Notes under the pieces: generated by a model
Seen by the model: only the letters and a program-made list of their open reading frames with translations
Database searches by the model: none
What the model was told of the DNA's origin: nothing
Assembly: GCA_965214945.1 (NCBI GenBank)
Contig: OZ244029.1
Location: 125,256-189,255, forward strand
From: Acidimicrobiales bacterium
Lineage (GTDB): Bacteria; Actinomycetota; Acidimicrobiia; Acidimicrobiales; Aldehydirespiratoraceae
Direction: 5' to 3'
Length of the DNA: 64,000 nucleotides
In this document: positions 44,973-54,962 of the stretch, piece by piece
Layout of the letters: each line of letters starts with the position of its first letter
Position numbering within the stretch: position 1 is the first letter of the stretch
Position numbers and translations under genes: made by a program

Positions 44973-46178
44973 CTAAGAGACGGGCGGTCCTACGTTCACC
45001 GGCGCCGGATGCGTGAGCGGACAGCGGGTGCCGGTGTAGATCGTGGGCATGCACCGGTTGCAGTGGATGCAGACGCCCGCGTCCGCGCTGCCCGAGCGCA
45101 TCCGGTTCACCAGGTCGGGCTCGTGCAGCAGAGCCCTGGCCATTGCCACGAACTCGAAGCCCTCGTTCAGCGCTTCGGCGACCGTGTCGAGCCGGTTGAC
45201 CCCGCCTAGCAGAATCAGCGGTATGTTCAGCGCCTCAAGGAAGCGTCTCGCCTTGCCGCGGAAGTACGCCTCTTCAAAGGGATAGTCAGGCATCAGCTTG
45301 GCCCCTGCGAGCTTGAAGCCGATACGGGCCAGCGGCGGCAGCGTGGCCGCGAACTCCTTACGAGGCGCCTGGCCGCGGAACAGGTACATCGGGTTGCCGA
45401 AGGAGCTGCCACCGGTCAGCTCCAGCGCGTCGAGCGTTCCGTCGGACTGGAGCATCCGCGCCACTTCGAGGCTCTCGTCGTCTTTGAGGCCGCCGGGCAT
45501 GCCGTCGTTCATGTTGAGTTTGGCGATCATCGCGATGTTGTCGCCTACCGCGGCGCGCACCGCGCGGACGACCTGGCGCCCGAAGCGGGCCCGGTTGCGG
45601 AGAGACCCGCCCCATTCGTCTTCGCGCCTGTTCAGCCACGGGCTCAAGAACGCGCTCAGCAGGTAGTTGTGCCCGAGGTGGATCTCAAGCGCGTCGAACC
45701 CGCTGTCCACCACGAGGCCGGCGGCGCGGGCGTAGTCATCGGTGACACGGGCGATGTCGGCAGCGGTGGCGGAGCGAATCATGCGAAACGCGACGGGATT
45801 GAAGCGACGCGACGCCGAGATCGACGGCTTGCCGTTGGAGCGGGCGTTGGCCACCGGGCCGGCGTGGCCGATCTGAGCGCTCACCGCGGCGCCTTCTGCG
45901 CGTACTGTCTCAGTCAGCCGCAGCAGCCCGGGAACGGCCTCAGGCCGAAGCCAGATGCAAGCGGCGTGGGTGCGCCCCTCGGGCGCCACCGCCAGATATG
46001 CAACGGTGGTCATGCCGACGCCGCCGACAGCCACCCTCCTGTGGAACTCGACCAGCTCAGGTGTGACCAGCGCGTCGGGCATCACGCCCTCGAAAGTGGC
46101 GGCCTTGATGATGCGGTTGCGCAGCGTCACCGGCCCGAGCTTTGCCGGCGCGAACGGATCCACGGATCGGCTTGTCAC
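44973..46178 (-). CDS. NADH:flavin oxidoreductase (Old Yellow Enzyme family) with a C-terminal Cys cluster
   Basis: LRNRIIKAATFEG, EIHLGHNYLLSAFLSP, and the C-terminal CIHCNRCMPTIYTGTRC, as in the N-terminal module of 2,4-dienoyl-CoA reductase. Confidence 0.8.
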   Translation of the reverse strand: MTSRSVDPFAPAKLGPVTLRNRIIKAATFEGVMPDALVTPELVEFHRRVAVGGVGMTTVAYLAVAPEGRTHAACIWLRPEAVPGLLRLTETVRAEGAAVSAQIGHAGPVANARSNGKPSISASRRFNPVAFRMIRSATAADIARVTDDYARAAGLVVDSGFDALEIHLGHNYLLSAFLSPWLNRREDEWGGSLRNRARFGRQVVRAVRAAVGDNIAMIAKLNMNDGMPGGLKDDESLEVARMLQSDGTLDALELTGGSSFGNPMYLFRGQAPRKEFAATLPPLARIGFKLAGAKLMPDYPFEEAYFRGKARRFLEALNIPLILLGGVNRLDTVAEALNEGFEFVAMARALLHEPDLVNRMRSGSADAGVCIHCNRCMPTIYTGTRCPLTHPAPVNVGPPVS

Positions 46179-46421
46179 CTCAGCGCTCCTTCACGCATTT
46201 CCCGTTGCGTCGGATCGGGCGCCCCGATCCGACGGCAGCGACGATCCGGTCACCTCAGCGCTCCTGCGTGCATTCTTCTGTCGGCATCTCCTTGTCTGCC
46301 ATGAGCCTGTCCGAATGGTTCTGTCCTAGTGGAACGGTTGTTATGGCCCTGTACGCGCCCCCCGTGTCGTGATCCGCCCTGCTCGAGCGTCGCCTGCCTG
46401 GCATCTGCGGGATCAGACGGT

Positions 46422-46496
46422 TGGCGCCCCCGGCAGGAGTCGAACCTGCGCACACGGTTTAGGAGACCGATGCTCTATCCACTGAGCTACGAGGGC
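46422..46496 (-). tRNA. tRNA-Arg (anticodon CCU)
   Basis: The minus strand reads GCCCTCG TA GCTC AGTGGATA GAGC A TCGGT CTCCTAA ACCGT GTGC GCAGG TTCGACT CCTGC CGGGGGC G CCA. The cloverleaf was checked by hand, and CCA is encoded. Confidence 0.9.
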
Positions 46497-46555
46497 TTGC
46501 TTGCGGCAGACATGCGGAGCGCAATGCGTCACGTGCACGACATGCCGCGGTGAGG

Positions 46556-47764
46556 CTACCTACCGGCGTGTGGTGACGCCGCCTGCGACGACCGCAGGCT
46601 TGAGACCGGGTGCGTGCCGATGATGCGCAAGCGGCCGAGCCCGACGATGACGAGCATCGCCACGCCCACGATCGGCCAGGTGAGCTTCGCTCCGATGCGG
46701 TCATACAGCAGCGAAGACGGCAACGCCGCCAGGCCCGCTCCTAGCACCTCCGAAGCGCCCATCAGACCCAGGGCCGCGGCTTGGCGCTCCTCAACCACGG
46801 CGCGGCACACCACGACTTGCATCGAGACAAACCCGAAGCCGTCGGCAAACCCCAGAGCTCCCATCACCGCCACAGGCACCGCGAGACCGGGCAACACGCC
46901 GTAGGTGGTGGTGACCAGGGCCACGACTGTCATCGACGCCACGCACACCCGCACCGGCCCGAGGCGGTCGGCGGTTCGCCCCGCGAGCCGGCTCACCAGG
47001 GCAAGTGGCAGGGCGAGCAACGTGAAGGCGAGACCTGTAACGAGCGCGCCGCCACCACGGTCAGCGAACATCACCGGAACCACAGCCTCCCAGGCGCCGA
47101 TCATCACGAAGTAGCCGCCGACGAACATCAACGCGCCTTGGAGCCTTCGCTGGCCCAGCAGATCCCATGAGACCATGCCGCGGCGGCGCTCGTCGAGGCG
47201 ACCCCGGTCGGGCGGCAGCCTCAGCGCGAACGGCAAGAACGCCGCCATGGCCGCCGCGAACACGGCGAACGGCAGGCGCACGCCGCCGAAGTGGGCCAGC
47301 ACGGCCGCGACCGCAGGGCCGAATATGAAGCCGATGGTCTCGCCTACCACCATTCGGCCCATGTTCTCGCCGACGTTGTCGGGGTCGAAGACCGAAGCGG
47401 CCCGGCGCACAGCCGGCATGGTGAGCCCCACGGCGAATCCCAGCACGGCTCTGCTCACCGCCCAGGCGGCGGTCCCGTCAGCGAACACCATCACCACGAG
47501 CGAGGCGGAGCTGAGCGCGATGCCCGCGGCGGCCATCTGGCGCCCGTAGCCGCGGTCGGCAAAGCGGGCCATCGTCACCTGCGCCGCGAACGCGGCGAGG
47601 AATCCCGACGCCACCATCACGCCGATTCCGGTGTTGCCAAGGCGGAGCTCGTCCCGCAGATCGCCCAGCAGCGCGATGATCGCCACCAGCGAACCGGCCG
47701 TCACGCCCATCACGATCTGGAACGGCAACAGATCGTCACGCCCCAGCCGGCGAAGCAAGATCAT
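46556..47764 (-). CDS. MFS transporter
   Basis: 402 aa with about 12 TM and an MFS loop motif FADRGYGRQ. Confidence 0.8.
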   Translation of the reverse strand: MILLRRLGRDDLLPFQIVMGVTAGSLVAIIALLGDLRDELRLGNTGIGVMVASGFLAAFAAQVTMARFADRGYGRQMAAAGIALSSASLVVMVFADGTAAWAVSRAVLGFAVGLTMPAVRRAASVFDPDNVGENMGRMVVGETIGFIFGPAVAAVLAHFGGVRLPFAVFAAAMAAFLPFALRLPPDRGRLDERRRGMVSWDLLGQRRLQGALMFVGGYFVMIGAWEAVVPVMFADRGGGALVTGLAFTLLALPLALVSRLAGRTADRLGPVRVCVASMTVVALVTTTYGVLPGLAVPVAVMGALGFADGFGFVSMQVVVCRAVVEERQAAALGLMGASEVLGAGLAALPSSLLYDRIGAKLTWPIVGVAMLVIVGLGRLRIIGTHPVSSLRSSQAASPHAGR

Positions 47765-48000
47765 CTGGGCGCGGTCATTGAGCGGATGCGATCTTCAAGG
47801 TACCGACGGTATCTCACACCCTCAAGCACAAGCCCGGCCGGACAGGCCAATCCTCAAAGGCGAGCGCGGCCCCCAGGCGGGCACGCATCTCGATCCTGCC
47901 GATCGGCATCCGGTGGTGGCTGCGTGTCGCCCAATGGCCTGGGCCTGAATTTGGCCATGCTGCCTGATGGCACGTGGGCCGCATGTGGTTGAATGGCGCG

Positions 48001-48840
48001 ATGCCCGCTGAAACTTCTGCTGGGTTCAAGCCCGAGCGCTTCAAGGCGATCACGGTGGAGATCGCCGATCACGTCTGCCGGGTGGTACTCGACCGGCCCG
48101 AAGCGCTCAACGCCTTCGACGACCGGATGCGCCAGGAGGTTCGGGCTACCTGGCGGGCGCTGCGGGAGATCGACGAGGTGCGCGTGGCGGTACTCACCGC
48201 GCGAGGCGACAGGGCCTTCTGTGCGGGCATCGACCGAGGCGCCGAGATGACCGCCTTAGGCGGCGGCAACCTCTACGGCACGTCGAACAACTACATGTAC
48301 GACGATCCCGGCAACGACCTGGGCCCCAAGGCGTGCGACCTGTGGAAGCCGGTTATTGCTGCCGTCAACGGCATCTGCTGCGGCGGCGCGTTCTACCTGA
48401 TTGCGGAGTGCGACATCATCATCGCCGCTGAACACGCCACCTTCTTCGATCCGCACGTCACCTACGGCATGGCGGCTGTGTATGAGCCGATGAAGATGCT
48501 CCAGCGGATGCCCTTGGGCGAAATCCTGCGTCTGACGCTGCTAGGAAGCCACGAGCGCATGACCGCCGCGACCGCCGAGCGTGTCGGGCTGGTGTCCGAA
48601 GTCGTCCCGAGCGACGAGTTGGTCGCCGCCGCGGATCGCCTGGCGCGGGCCGTCGCCTCGCAGCCGCCCCATGCGGTGCAGGGTTCGCTGCGCGCTATCT
48701 GGGCGGCCAACGACCTCGGCCGCCTGCAAGCGTTGTCAGTGGCCCCGGCCATCCTCACCACCGGCACCCGCCCCGAGGCGATGGCCGAAGGCCAAACAGT
48801 GTTTAACAGCGGCGCCCGCGTCAAGCCCCGTTTCCGTTAG
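48001..48840 (+). CDS. enoyl-CoA hydratase/isomerase (crotonase) family protein
   Basis: Start at MPAETSAG. Contains LDRPEALNAF, FCAGID and ICCGGAFYL. Confidence 0.85.
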   Translation: MPAETSAGFKPERFKAITVEIADHVCRVVLDRPEALNAFDDRMRQEVRATWRALREIDEVRVAVLTARGDRAFCAGIDRGAEMTALGGGNLYGTSNNYMYDDPGNDLGPKACDLWKPVIAAVNGICCGGAFYLIAECDIIIAAEHATFFDPHVTYGMAAVYEPMKMLQRMPLGEILRLTLLGSHERMTAATAERVGLVSEVVPSDELVAAADRLARAVASQPPHAVQGSLRAIWAANDLGRLQALSVAPAILTTGTRPEAMAEGQTVFNSGARVKPRFR

Positions 48841-48873
48841 CCACCGTCCGCGCCCGTTAGTCACCGCCCGCGC
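48834..48873. repeat. imperfect 20-nt tandem duplication (18/20) whose first copy contains the crotonase stop codon
   Basis: ccgttagccaccgtccgcgc / ccgttagtcaccgcccgcgc. The TAG stop is at 48838-48840. Confidence 0.85.
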
Positions 48874-49098
48874 GCGGCCCCTGCCCACAAGGCGGGTTGC
48901 TCTGTGTCAAGCCGCGTCTCCGCCCACGGCTGCCCGTTCGTCTAGCACCCAATCTCAGCAGGCGGCTGCTGACGCACGAGTCTAGAACCGTCCAGACCCG
49001 CCAGAATTAGCGGCGTTCTTGTTCTAATGATTATACTAGTTGCCATTTAGCATTCAGGCTGTATGTGCTATTGAGCAGGTAAGCTTCACGGAAAGGCC

Positions 49099-50697
49099 GT
49101 GCTGTTGGCTGTCACTCCAAGTACCGAAGACCTGCGCAGAGTCTTCGCAGAGCAGAACATATGGCGTCGGCGCGGGATAGTGCCTTCTTCGCTGGCGCCC
49201 CCGGTGGAGAGGTCGATGGCGCGGCTGCTGTGGCAGCGTCTGGTGCACGACAAGCCTCGACGGTTCCAGATGATCCTCGGACCGCGCCGCGTGGGCAAGA
49301 CGACGGTGCTTTACCAGACCGTCCGGCATCTGCTGGCCGAAGGCATCGAGCCGAAAAGGATCTGGTGGCTACGCGTAGATCACCCCTACCTGATCAGTGT
49401 CGAACTCGGCCGTCTCGCCCGCTTTGTCATTGACGTGACAGGCGCAGACGACGCAACCCCCGCGTTCTTGATGGTGGACGAGATCGCTTACGCCTCCGAC
49501 TGGGACCTGTGGCTAAAGACCTTCCACGACGAGCGTTGGCCGATACGTATCGCGGCCACATCAAGCGCCACAGCCGCTCTTCGGCAGCGCCGCACCGAGA
49601 GCGGAGTCGGTCGCTGGGAGGAGCAGCACCTGTTGCCCTGCTCGCTCGCGGAGGCCCTTGATTTGATCGGCTGGGACGACCCGGCGACCCCTATATCAGA
49701 TTTTTCGGTGGCCGACACCTTCAGCGACACGATCCAGTCGCTACCCGCAGACCATGACGCAGATCTAGGATTCGACATGTTCCGACGACTTTTTCTGCTC
49801 GTCGGCGGCTTCCCCGAACTCCTCGTCCGCCCGACGGGTGATCCCGTAATCGACCTCATCAACGCGGTGATCAAGTCACAGCGCGTGCTGCGCGACGACG
49901 CCGTGGATCGGGCGATCTACAAGGACATACCCCAAAGCTTCAAAGTCAACGACCCCATGATGCTGGAGAAGCTTCTGTACACACTTGCGGGCCAGATGAC
50001 GGGCCTGCTTTCCCCCACGAACATTGCTCAGAGGCTGGGAATGTCGCAACCCACCGTCGACCGGTATCTGTTGCACCTGCAACGGGTATTCCTCGTGTTC
50101 ACTCTCACCAACTATTCCGGCGGGGAGTCCGCCCGCCAGCGCCGGGGCCGCAAGCTCTATTTTACGGACAGCGCAGTGCGAAATGCCGCGCTGCACAGGG
50201 GCATAGCTCCTTTGGACGATCCTGTAGAGATGGGCATGCTTCTGGAGAACCTGGTGGCGTCTTCGGTGAACACGCTGGCCGCGCAAGCAGGCGTGCGTCT
50301 GCACCACTGGCGAAGGGGCAACACTCAGGAAGTGGATCTCGTCTATGACGAACCCGGTCAGCCGCTGGCGTTCGAGATCGCTTCATCGGCCGGGCATTCC
50401 CGCAAGGGTCTGATGGCCCTGGTCAACGCCCACCCGGAGTTCTGGGGCCACTGCTACCTGGTGGCTCCACAGGCACCGGTGATACATGCTGACACCACCG
50501 AGACCGGCATTGGCATGCTGCCGCTTGACATCTTTCTGCTCGCCGTCAGCGCCCAGTCGCACCGAGCTATGGCCACCCGGTTGGGCGTTCCGCTTGGTAG
50601 CGCCGCCAATCATCGGGCTAATGTGACTACTCGGCGCAGCCTGCTGGCCGCCAGCTCTTCCACCACCAGCGTCCGCCAACCAGGAGAACCCCCATGA
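49099..50697 (+). CDS. AAA-family ATPase with a DUF4143-type C-terminal domain
   Basis: Walker A GPRRVGKTT, Walker B FLMVDEI, and a C-terminal QEVDLVYDE (nuclease-fold-like DUF4143 signature). The gene and its 5' flank are visibly AT-richer than their neighbours. Confidence 0.7.
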   Translation: MLLAVTPSTEDLRRVFAEQNIWRRRGIVPSSLAPPVERSMARLLWQRLVHDKPRRFQMILGPRRVGKTTVLYQTVRHLLAEGIEPKRIWWLRVDHPYLISVELGRLARFVIDVTGADDATPAFLMVDEIAYASDWDLWLKTFHDERWPIRIAATSSATAALRQRRTESGVGRWEEQHLLPCSLAEALDLIGWDDPATPISDFSVADTFSDTIQSLPADHDADLGFDMFRRLFLLVGGFPELLVRPTGDPVIDLINAVIKSQRVLRDDAVDRAIYKDIPQSFKVNDPMMLEKLLYTLAGQMTGLLSPTNIAQRLGMSQPTVDRYLLHLQRVFLVFTLTNYSGGESARQRRGRKLYFTDSAVRNAALHRGIAPLDDPVEMGMLLENLVASSVNTLAAQAGVRLHHWRRGNTQEVDLVYDEPGQPLAFEIASSAGHSRKGLMALVNAHPEFWGHCYLVAPQAPVIHADTTETGIGMLPLDIFLLAVSAQSHRAMATRLGVPLGSAANHRANVTTRRSLLAASSSTTSVRQPGEPP

Positions 50698-51191
50698 CTA
50701 CGCCGTATCCGAGCACGCTGATCTTCGTGGACTTCCCCACAGATGAGCCCGAGAAGGCCGCCGACTTCTATCGCAACGTGTTCGGCTGGGAGGTGGAGCC
50801 GAGGCCTGCCGGGTCGTTCTACCGGATTGTTCCCGGCCAGAACTTCAAGCTCCCCGACGGCTCGCAGGGCCCCACCGGCAACCTCCATTTGGGTATCACC
50901 AACGTGGCTAACCGGCGCCCGCACCCCTCCAAAGACGGGCTCGCCCCCCGGCATCTCAGCCGGGACGGCCACACTGTTCGCATCTGGATCCTCGTGTCGG
51001 CTGACGACGATATGGATGCCATATCCGACCGGGCGATCGCCAACGGTGCCACCGAGCTGTGGCGGCACCACTACTACAGCGAGTTCAACGGCTTCAACAA
51101 CGCCTTCAAAGACCCGTGGGGCAACACGCTGGTGCTCTGGACCTACGGCGGCGACGAGCCGAGCGTGCCCGAAGGATGGACGCAGGAATGA
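50694..51191 (+). CDS. VOC (glyoxalase/bleomycin-resistance) family protein
   Basis: 165 aa with FYRNVFGWEV and DPWGNTLVLW. The ATG overlaps the upstream stop. Confidence 0.7.
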   Translation: MTTPYPSTLIFVDFPTDEPEKAADFYRNVFGWEVEPRPAGSFYRIVPGQNFKLPDGSQGPTGNLHLGITNVANRRPHPSKDGLAPRHLSRDGHTVRIWILVSADDDMDAISDRAIANGATELWRHHYYSEFNGFNNAFKDPWGNTLVLWTYGGDEPSVPEGWTQE

Positions 51192-51670
51192 CTGAGACCG
51201 CAGCGGACGTCTACGACATTCACCCCCCGCACCCCCGGTGGACTCATGTGGCGCTGCGTGTCAGCGACATCGAGGCCACCATCGACTGGTACACCACCCA
51301 CACGCCGCTGCGGCTGCTCGACAAACGCAGCGACGACATGGGCCACGGAGCCTGGCTCGGTCACGACGACGCGCCCGACCATCCGTTCCTGCTGGTGGTG
51401 GCGGAGTTCTTCCCGGAAACCGACCCGTTCAAGGATTCGCCCATCGCCACGTTGGCGCCGTTCGCGCACCTCGGGGTTGAACTGACTAGCCGCGCCGAAC
51501 TCGATGAGGCTGCTGCCGACGCCAAGAAGACCGGATGCCTGGCGATGCCGCCGACAGAGATGCCGCCGCCGATCGGCTACATCTGCATGCTGAGTGACCC
51601 CGACGGCAACATGATCGAACTCAGCTACGACCAGGGAGTGTACGCGCACGCTCAGAAGGTGATGCGCTAA
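51188..51670 (+). CDS. VOC family protein
   Basis: Start at MTETAADVY, overlapping the previous stop as ATGA. Contains WTHVALRVSDIEATIDWY and DPDGNMIELS. Confidence 0.7.
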   Translation: MTETAADVYDIHPPHPRWTHVALRVSDIEATIDWYTTHTPLRLLDKRSDDMGHGAWLGHDDAPDHPFLLVVAEFFPETDPFKDSPIATLAPFAHLGVELTSRAELDEAAADAKKTGCLAMPPTEMPPPIGYICMLSDPDGNMIELSYDQGVYAHAQKVMR

Positions 51671-51708
51671 CCGGCCCACTGGCTGACCGGCCTGTGGCGG
51701 TGGCCGTT

Positions 51709-51793
51709 GAGCCGATGCCGCCTGCCGAGCCGGTGACCGTCGAGCCGATGCCGCCTGCCGAGCCGGTGACCGTCGAGCCGATGCCGCCTGCCG
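51709..51793. repeat. 33-nt tandem repeat, 2 perfect copies plus a 19-nt partial (EPMPPAEPVTV units)
   Basis: gagccgatgccgcctgccgagccggtgaccgtc lies at 51709-51741 and 51742-51774, with the partial copy at 51775-51793. A degenerate half-unit precedes it. Confidence 0.9.
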
Positions 51794-51798
51794 GGTCG

Positions 51799-52176
51799 AT
51801 GTCTCCGACTGAGGTCGCGGCGTCGTATCTGGAGTCGTTCGCTGGCGGCGATCCGGTGGCGATCGCCGCACACGTCCGCGACGACTTCTCCAACGAGCAC
51901 ACCAGCGCGCTCGGGCTGCCGTCTCAGGGCAAGGATGAATACCTGGCCCGGCTCGGCGGCTTCCTGGAAGCCTTCGTCGGCCTGACCTTCGAGATCGAGG
52001 AGATCATCGCATCCGGCGACCGTGTCGCTGCGGCCTACACGATGCGAGCCCGCTCAGATGGCACGCCAATAGAGATACGAGGTGTGATGCGCATGACGAT
52101 CCGTGACGGCCTCATCACGCACCGCACCGACTACTTTGACAGCCTCACTTTCCTGCGCCAGACCGGCCAAGCCTGA
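51799..52176 (+). CDS. SnoaL-like / NTF2-fold protein
   Basis: MSPTEVAASYLESFAGGDPVAIAAHV...GLITHRTDYFD. The ORF can extend in frame through the tandem repeat to 51694. Confidence 0.65.
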   Translation: MSPTEVAASYLESFAGGDPVAIAAHVRDDFSNEHTSALGLPSQGKDEYLARLGGFLEAFVGLTFEIEEIIASGDRVAAAYTMRARSDGTPIEIRGVMRMTIRDGLITHRTDYFDSLTFLRQTGQA

Positions 52177-52229
52177 ACCGGCCTAACGGTCGGCTCGACG
52201 GCCGTTGGCAGGCGGCATCCAGAAAGCCC

Positions 52230-53573
52230 TCAGGAAGAGACGGTGAGGTATGACTCCAGGGAGTCGTCGAGGGCTTCCTCCCACGGAGTGTGATGAACTG
52301 GCGCCAGAGTGCCAGTCAGCGGTGAGGTGTGGCCGTGGTCGCGGTAGCCAATGATCGAGTACTTCTTGTGCTTCTTCCAGTCTTTGAACATCTTGTTGAC
52401 CAGCGGCGTGTTGAAGTCGGGATAGTCGGTCTGGTCGACGAGATCCTGTGTGTAGTCGCCCTGGAAGTCGATGGCCTCATAATCATCCGCAACCTCGGCC
52501 TCAGCGGCCTCAAGATCGGCGATCCAGCGGGCCTGTTCGTCGGCGTCGGGCAGCTTGATGCGCCCGAGTATCACGTCGCGGGCGTACCACGCCTGGGCGT
52601 CGAACATGTTGAACGTGTACCACTGGTCTTGCATCCCCAGGTACAGCACTCGGTTGTTGGGCTGGAACACCACCCCCCGGTACAGCATGGCGGTGGCCAG
52701 GCAGTTGGAGGTCACGAGCCGCAGCTCGTCGTCCATGAACGGGAAGTGGTGTTTGTAGCCGGTGCAGGAGATGATCGCGTCGACCTCGGCGGACGTGCCG
52801 TCGGCGAAGTGCACGGTGCGGCCGTCGACCTTGGTGAGGATCGGCTTCTCGGTGATGCCCTCGGGCCAGTCGAAGCCCATTGGGCCGCTGCGCGACGTGC
52901 AGATCACGGAGCGTGCGCCGTACTTCCAGCACTGCGACGCGATGTCCTCAGCGGAGTAGCTGGAGCCGATCACGAGCACGTCTGAGCCCGTGAACTGCAC
53001 AGCGTCGCGGAAGTCATGAGCGTGTATCAGCGTGCCGCCGAAGGTCTCATAACCGGGGTAGTGCGGCATGTTCGGAGTGGAGAAATGGCCGGAGGCCACC
53101 ACCACCCAGTCGAACGTCTCGCTGACGGTGGTGTCTGCGCCGTGATCGTGCGCGGCGACTGTGAAGGTCTCCGTCTCCGGCGAGTAGCTCACCCGGCGTA
53201 CCGCGTGGTTGAAGCGGATGAAGTCACGGATGCCTGAACGCTCGGCCCGGCCTGCGATGTAGTCGTAGAGCACCTCCCGCGGTGGGAACGAGGCGATCGG
53301 CTTGCCGAAGTGCTCCTCGAAACCGTAATCGGCGAATTCCAGGCACTCTTTGGGTCCGTTCGACCAGAGATAGCGGTACATGCTGCCGTGGCAGACCTCG
53401 CCGTTGCCGTCGAGGCCGGTGCGCCATGTGTAGTTCCACAGCCCGCCCCAGTTGCTTTGCTTCTCGAAGCAAACGAGCTCCACGCCATCTGCGGCGCCCG
53501 TGGTGTCGCTGGCAAAAGCGTGAAGCGCCGACAAGCCGCAAGGCCCGGCGCCGATGATCGCTACCCGTGTCAT
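52230..53573 (-). CDS. tmm: flavin-containing monooxygenase, trimethylamine monooxygenase-like
   Basis: GAGPCG (FAD), FMO motif [11 protein letters not shown] (FxGxxxHxxxF/Y), and GSSYSAED (NADPH). The length of 447 aa is typical of bacterial Tmm. Confidence 0.7.
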   Translation of the reverse strand: MTRVAIIGAGPCGLSALHAFASDTTGAADGVELVCFEKQSNWGGLWNYTWRTGLDGNGEVCHGSMYRYLWSNGPKECLEFADYGFEEHFGKPIASFPPREVLYDYIAGRAERSGIRDFIRFNHAVRRVSYSPETETFTVAAHDHGADTTVSETFDWVVVASGHFSTPNMPHYPGYETFGGTLIHAHDFRDAVQFTGSDVLVIGSSYSAEDIASQCWKYGARSVICTSRSGPMGFDWPEGITEKPILTKVDGRTVHFADGTSAEVDAIISCTGYKHHFPFMDDELRLVTSNCLATAMLYRGVVFQPNNRVLYLGMQDQWYTFNMFDAQAWYARDVILGRIKLPDADEQARWIADLEAAEAEVADDYEAIDFQGDYTQDLVDQTDYPDFNTPLVNKMFKDWKKHKKYSIIGYRDHGHTSPLTGTLAPVHHTPWEEALDDSLESYLTVSS

Positions 53574-53674
53574 TGTGCATCTCCCCAGTTATCGGGCTAA
53601 AGCACCGCGACCTTAGCATTCGCACACCTGACGGTCCGGCCTCGAGTTCAGCGCATCGGGGCTGCGCGCTGGTG

Positions 53675-54769
53675 CTACACGAGCACTTCGTCGAGTGCGG
53701 CTAGAAAGAGCGCCACGTTGCGCGGCCGGGCCGTGTGGCCCATGCAGCCGATGCGCCACCAGCGACCGGCGAAGTCGCCGAGGCCGCCGCCCACCTCTAT
53801 CCCGTAGCGCGAGAGCAGCGTCTGTCGCACATCGGCCTCACCCATGCCGGACGGCAGACGCGACTCCGGCACCCACACGGAGGTGAGCTGAGGCAGACGG
53901 ACATCCGGCTGAGCGACCAGCTCGAAGCCCCGCTCCTGGAGCCCGTCCTGGAGCCGGACGCCGCATTCACGGTGTCGGGCGTGGGCTGCGTCGAGCCCCT
54001 CGTCGAGCACCGCGCCGAGCCCAGCGTGAAGGGCGTAAATCATCGAGATCGGAGCCGTGTGATGGTACGCCCGCGCGCTGCCGCCGGTGACATAGTCGGC
54101 GATCATCTTCAAGTCGAAATACCAGGACTGCGAGCGGTGGCCCATGCGCTCCACTGCTCGGGCCGAAGCGCTGAGCGGTGCCAGACCCGGGGGCACGCCG
54201 AGGCATTTCTGAGTGCCGCTGTAGGCGATGTCCACCCCCCATTCATCGAGCCGCACGTCGATGCCCGCCAGCGAAGTGACGCAATCGGCGAGCAGCAGCG
54301 CACCCCCCTTAGCGGCGCCTAGCAGCTCCAGGTCGTTGCGCACGCCGGTGGAGGTCTCGGCATGGACGACGGCAATCACCGCAGGGTTGGGGTGCGCTTC
54401 GAGAAGCCTCTCCGGGTCGAGCGGCGTTCCCCACTCGGCGGCGACAGGAACCACCTCGGCACTGCATCGGACTGCTACGTCGCACATGCGAGCACCGAAG
54501 ACGCCGTTCACGCCGACTACCACGACGTCACCTGGCGCCAGCACGTTCACGAGCGCCGCCTCCATCCCGGCGGAGCCGGTTCCCGAGACGGGGAACGTGA
54601 GGGCGTTCTTGGTGCGGAACACAGAGCGCAGCCGTTCACAGGTCTCGTCGAGCAGTGCTATGAACTCGGCGTCGAGGTGACCGAGCAGCGGCCGGGTGAA
54701 GGCCTCGATCACCTCTGGATAGGGATTGCTGGGGCCGGGGCCCATCAGGATCCGGTCGCTAAGGGCCAT
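53675..54769 (-). CDS. class V aminotransferase (serine-glyoxylate / alanine-glyoxylate type)
   Basis: LMGPGPSNPYPEV at the N-terminus and PLP Lys in YSGTQKCLG. 364 aa. Confidence 0.8.
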   Translation of the reverse strand: MALSDRILMGPGPSNPYPEVIEAFTRPLLGHLDAEFIALLDETCERLRSVFRTKNALTFPVSGTGSAGMEAALVNVLAPGDVVVVGVNGVFGARMCDVAVRCSAEVVPVAAEWGTPLDPERLLEAHPNPAVIAVVHAETSTGVRNDLELLGAAKGGALLLADCVTSLAGIDVRLDEWGVDIAYSGTQKCLGVPPGLAPLSASARAVERMGHRSQSWYFDLKMIADYVTGGSARAYHHTAPISMIYALHAGLGAVLDEGLDAAHARHRECGVRLQDGLQERGFELVAQPDVRLPQLTSVWVPESRLPSGMGEADVRQTLLSRYGIEVGGGLGDFAGRWWRIGCMGHTARPRNVALFLAALDEVLV

Positions 54770-54962
54770 TCGCCACCTTTCTGGCCGATCTTTTTATGAG
54801 CATCGCTTGTCTATTCGCGGCGTTCTCGGAAGTTCCATTGGGTGAAACACGCATCCCACCGGGCGGCAGTCAAACTTCCCCTTGTAGGCGCCATCGCAAG
54901 AGAATCCCGGTGACATGAGGGTGGGGACAAGAGGCAGGGCTCACAACTATAGTTCGCTCTTC

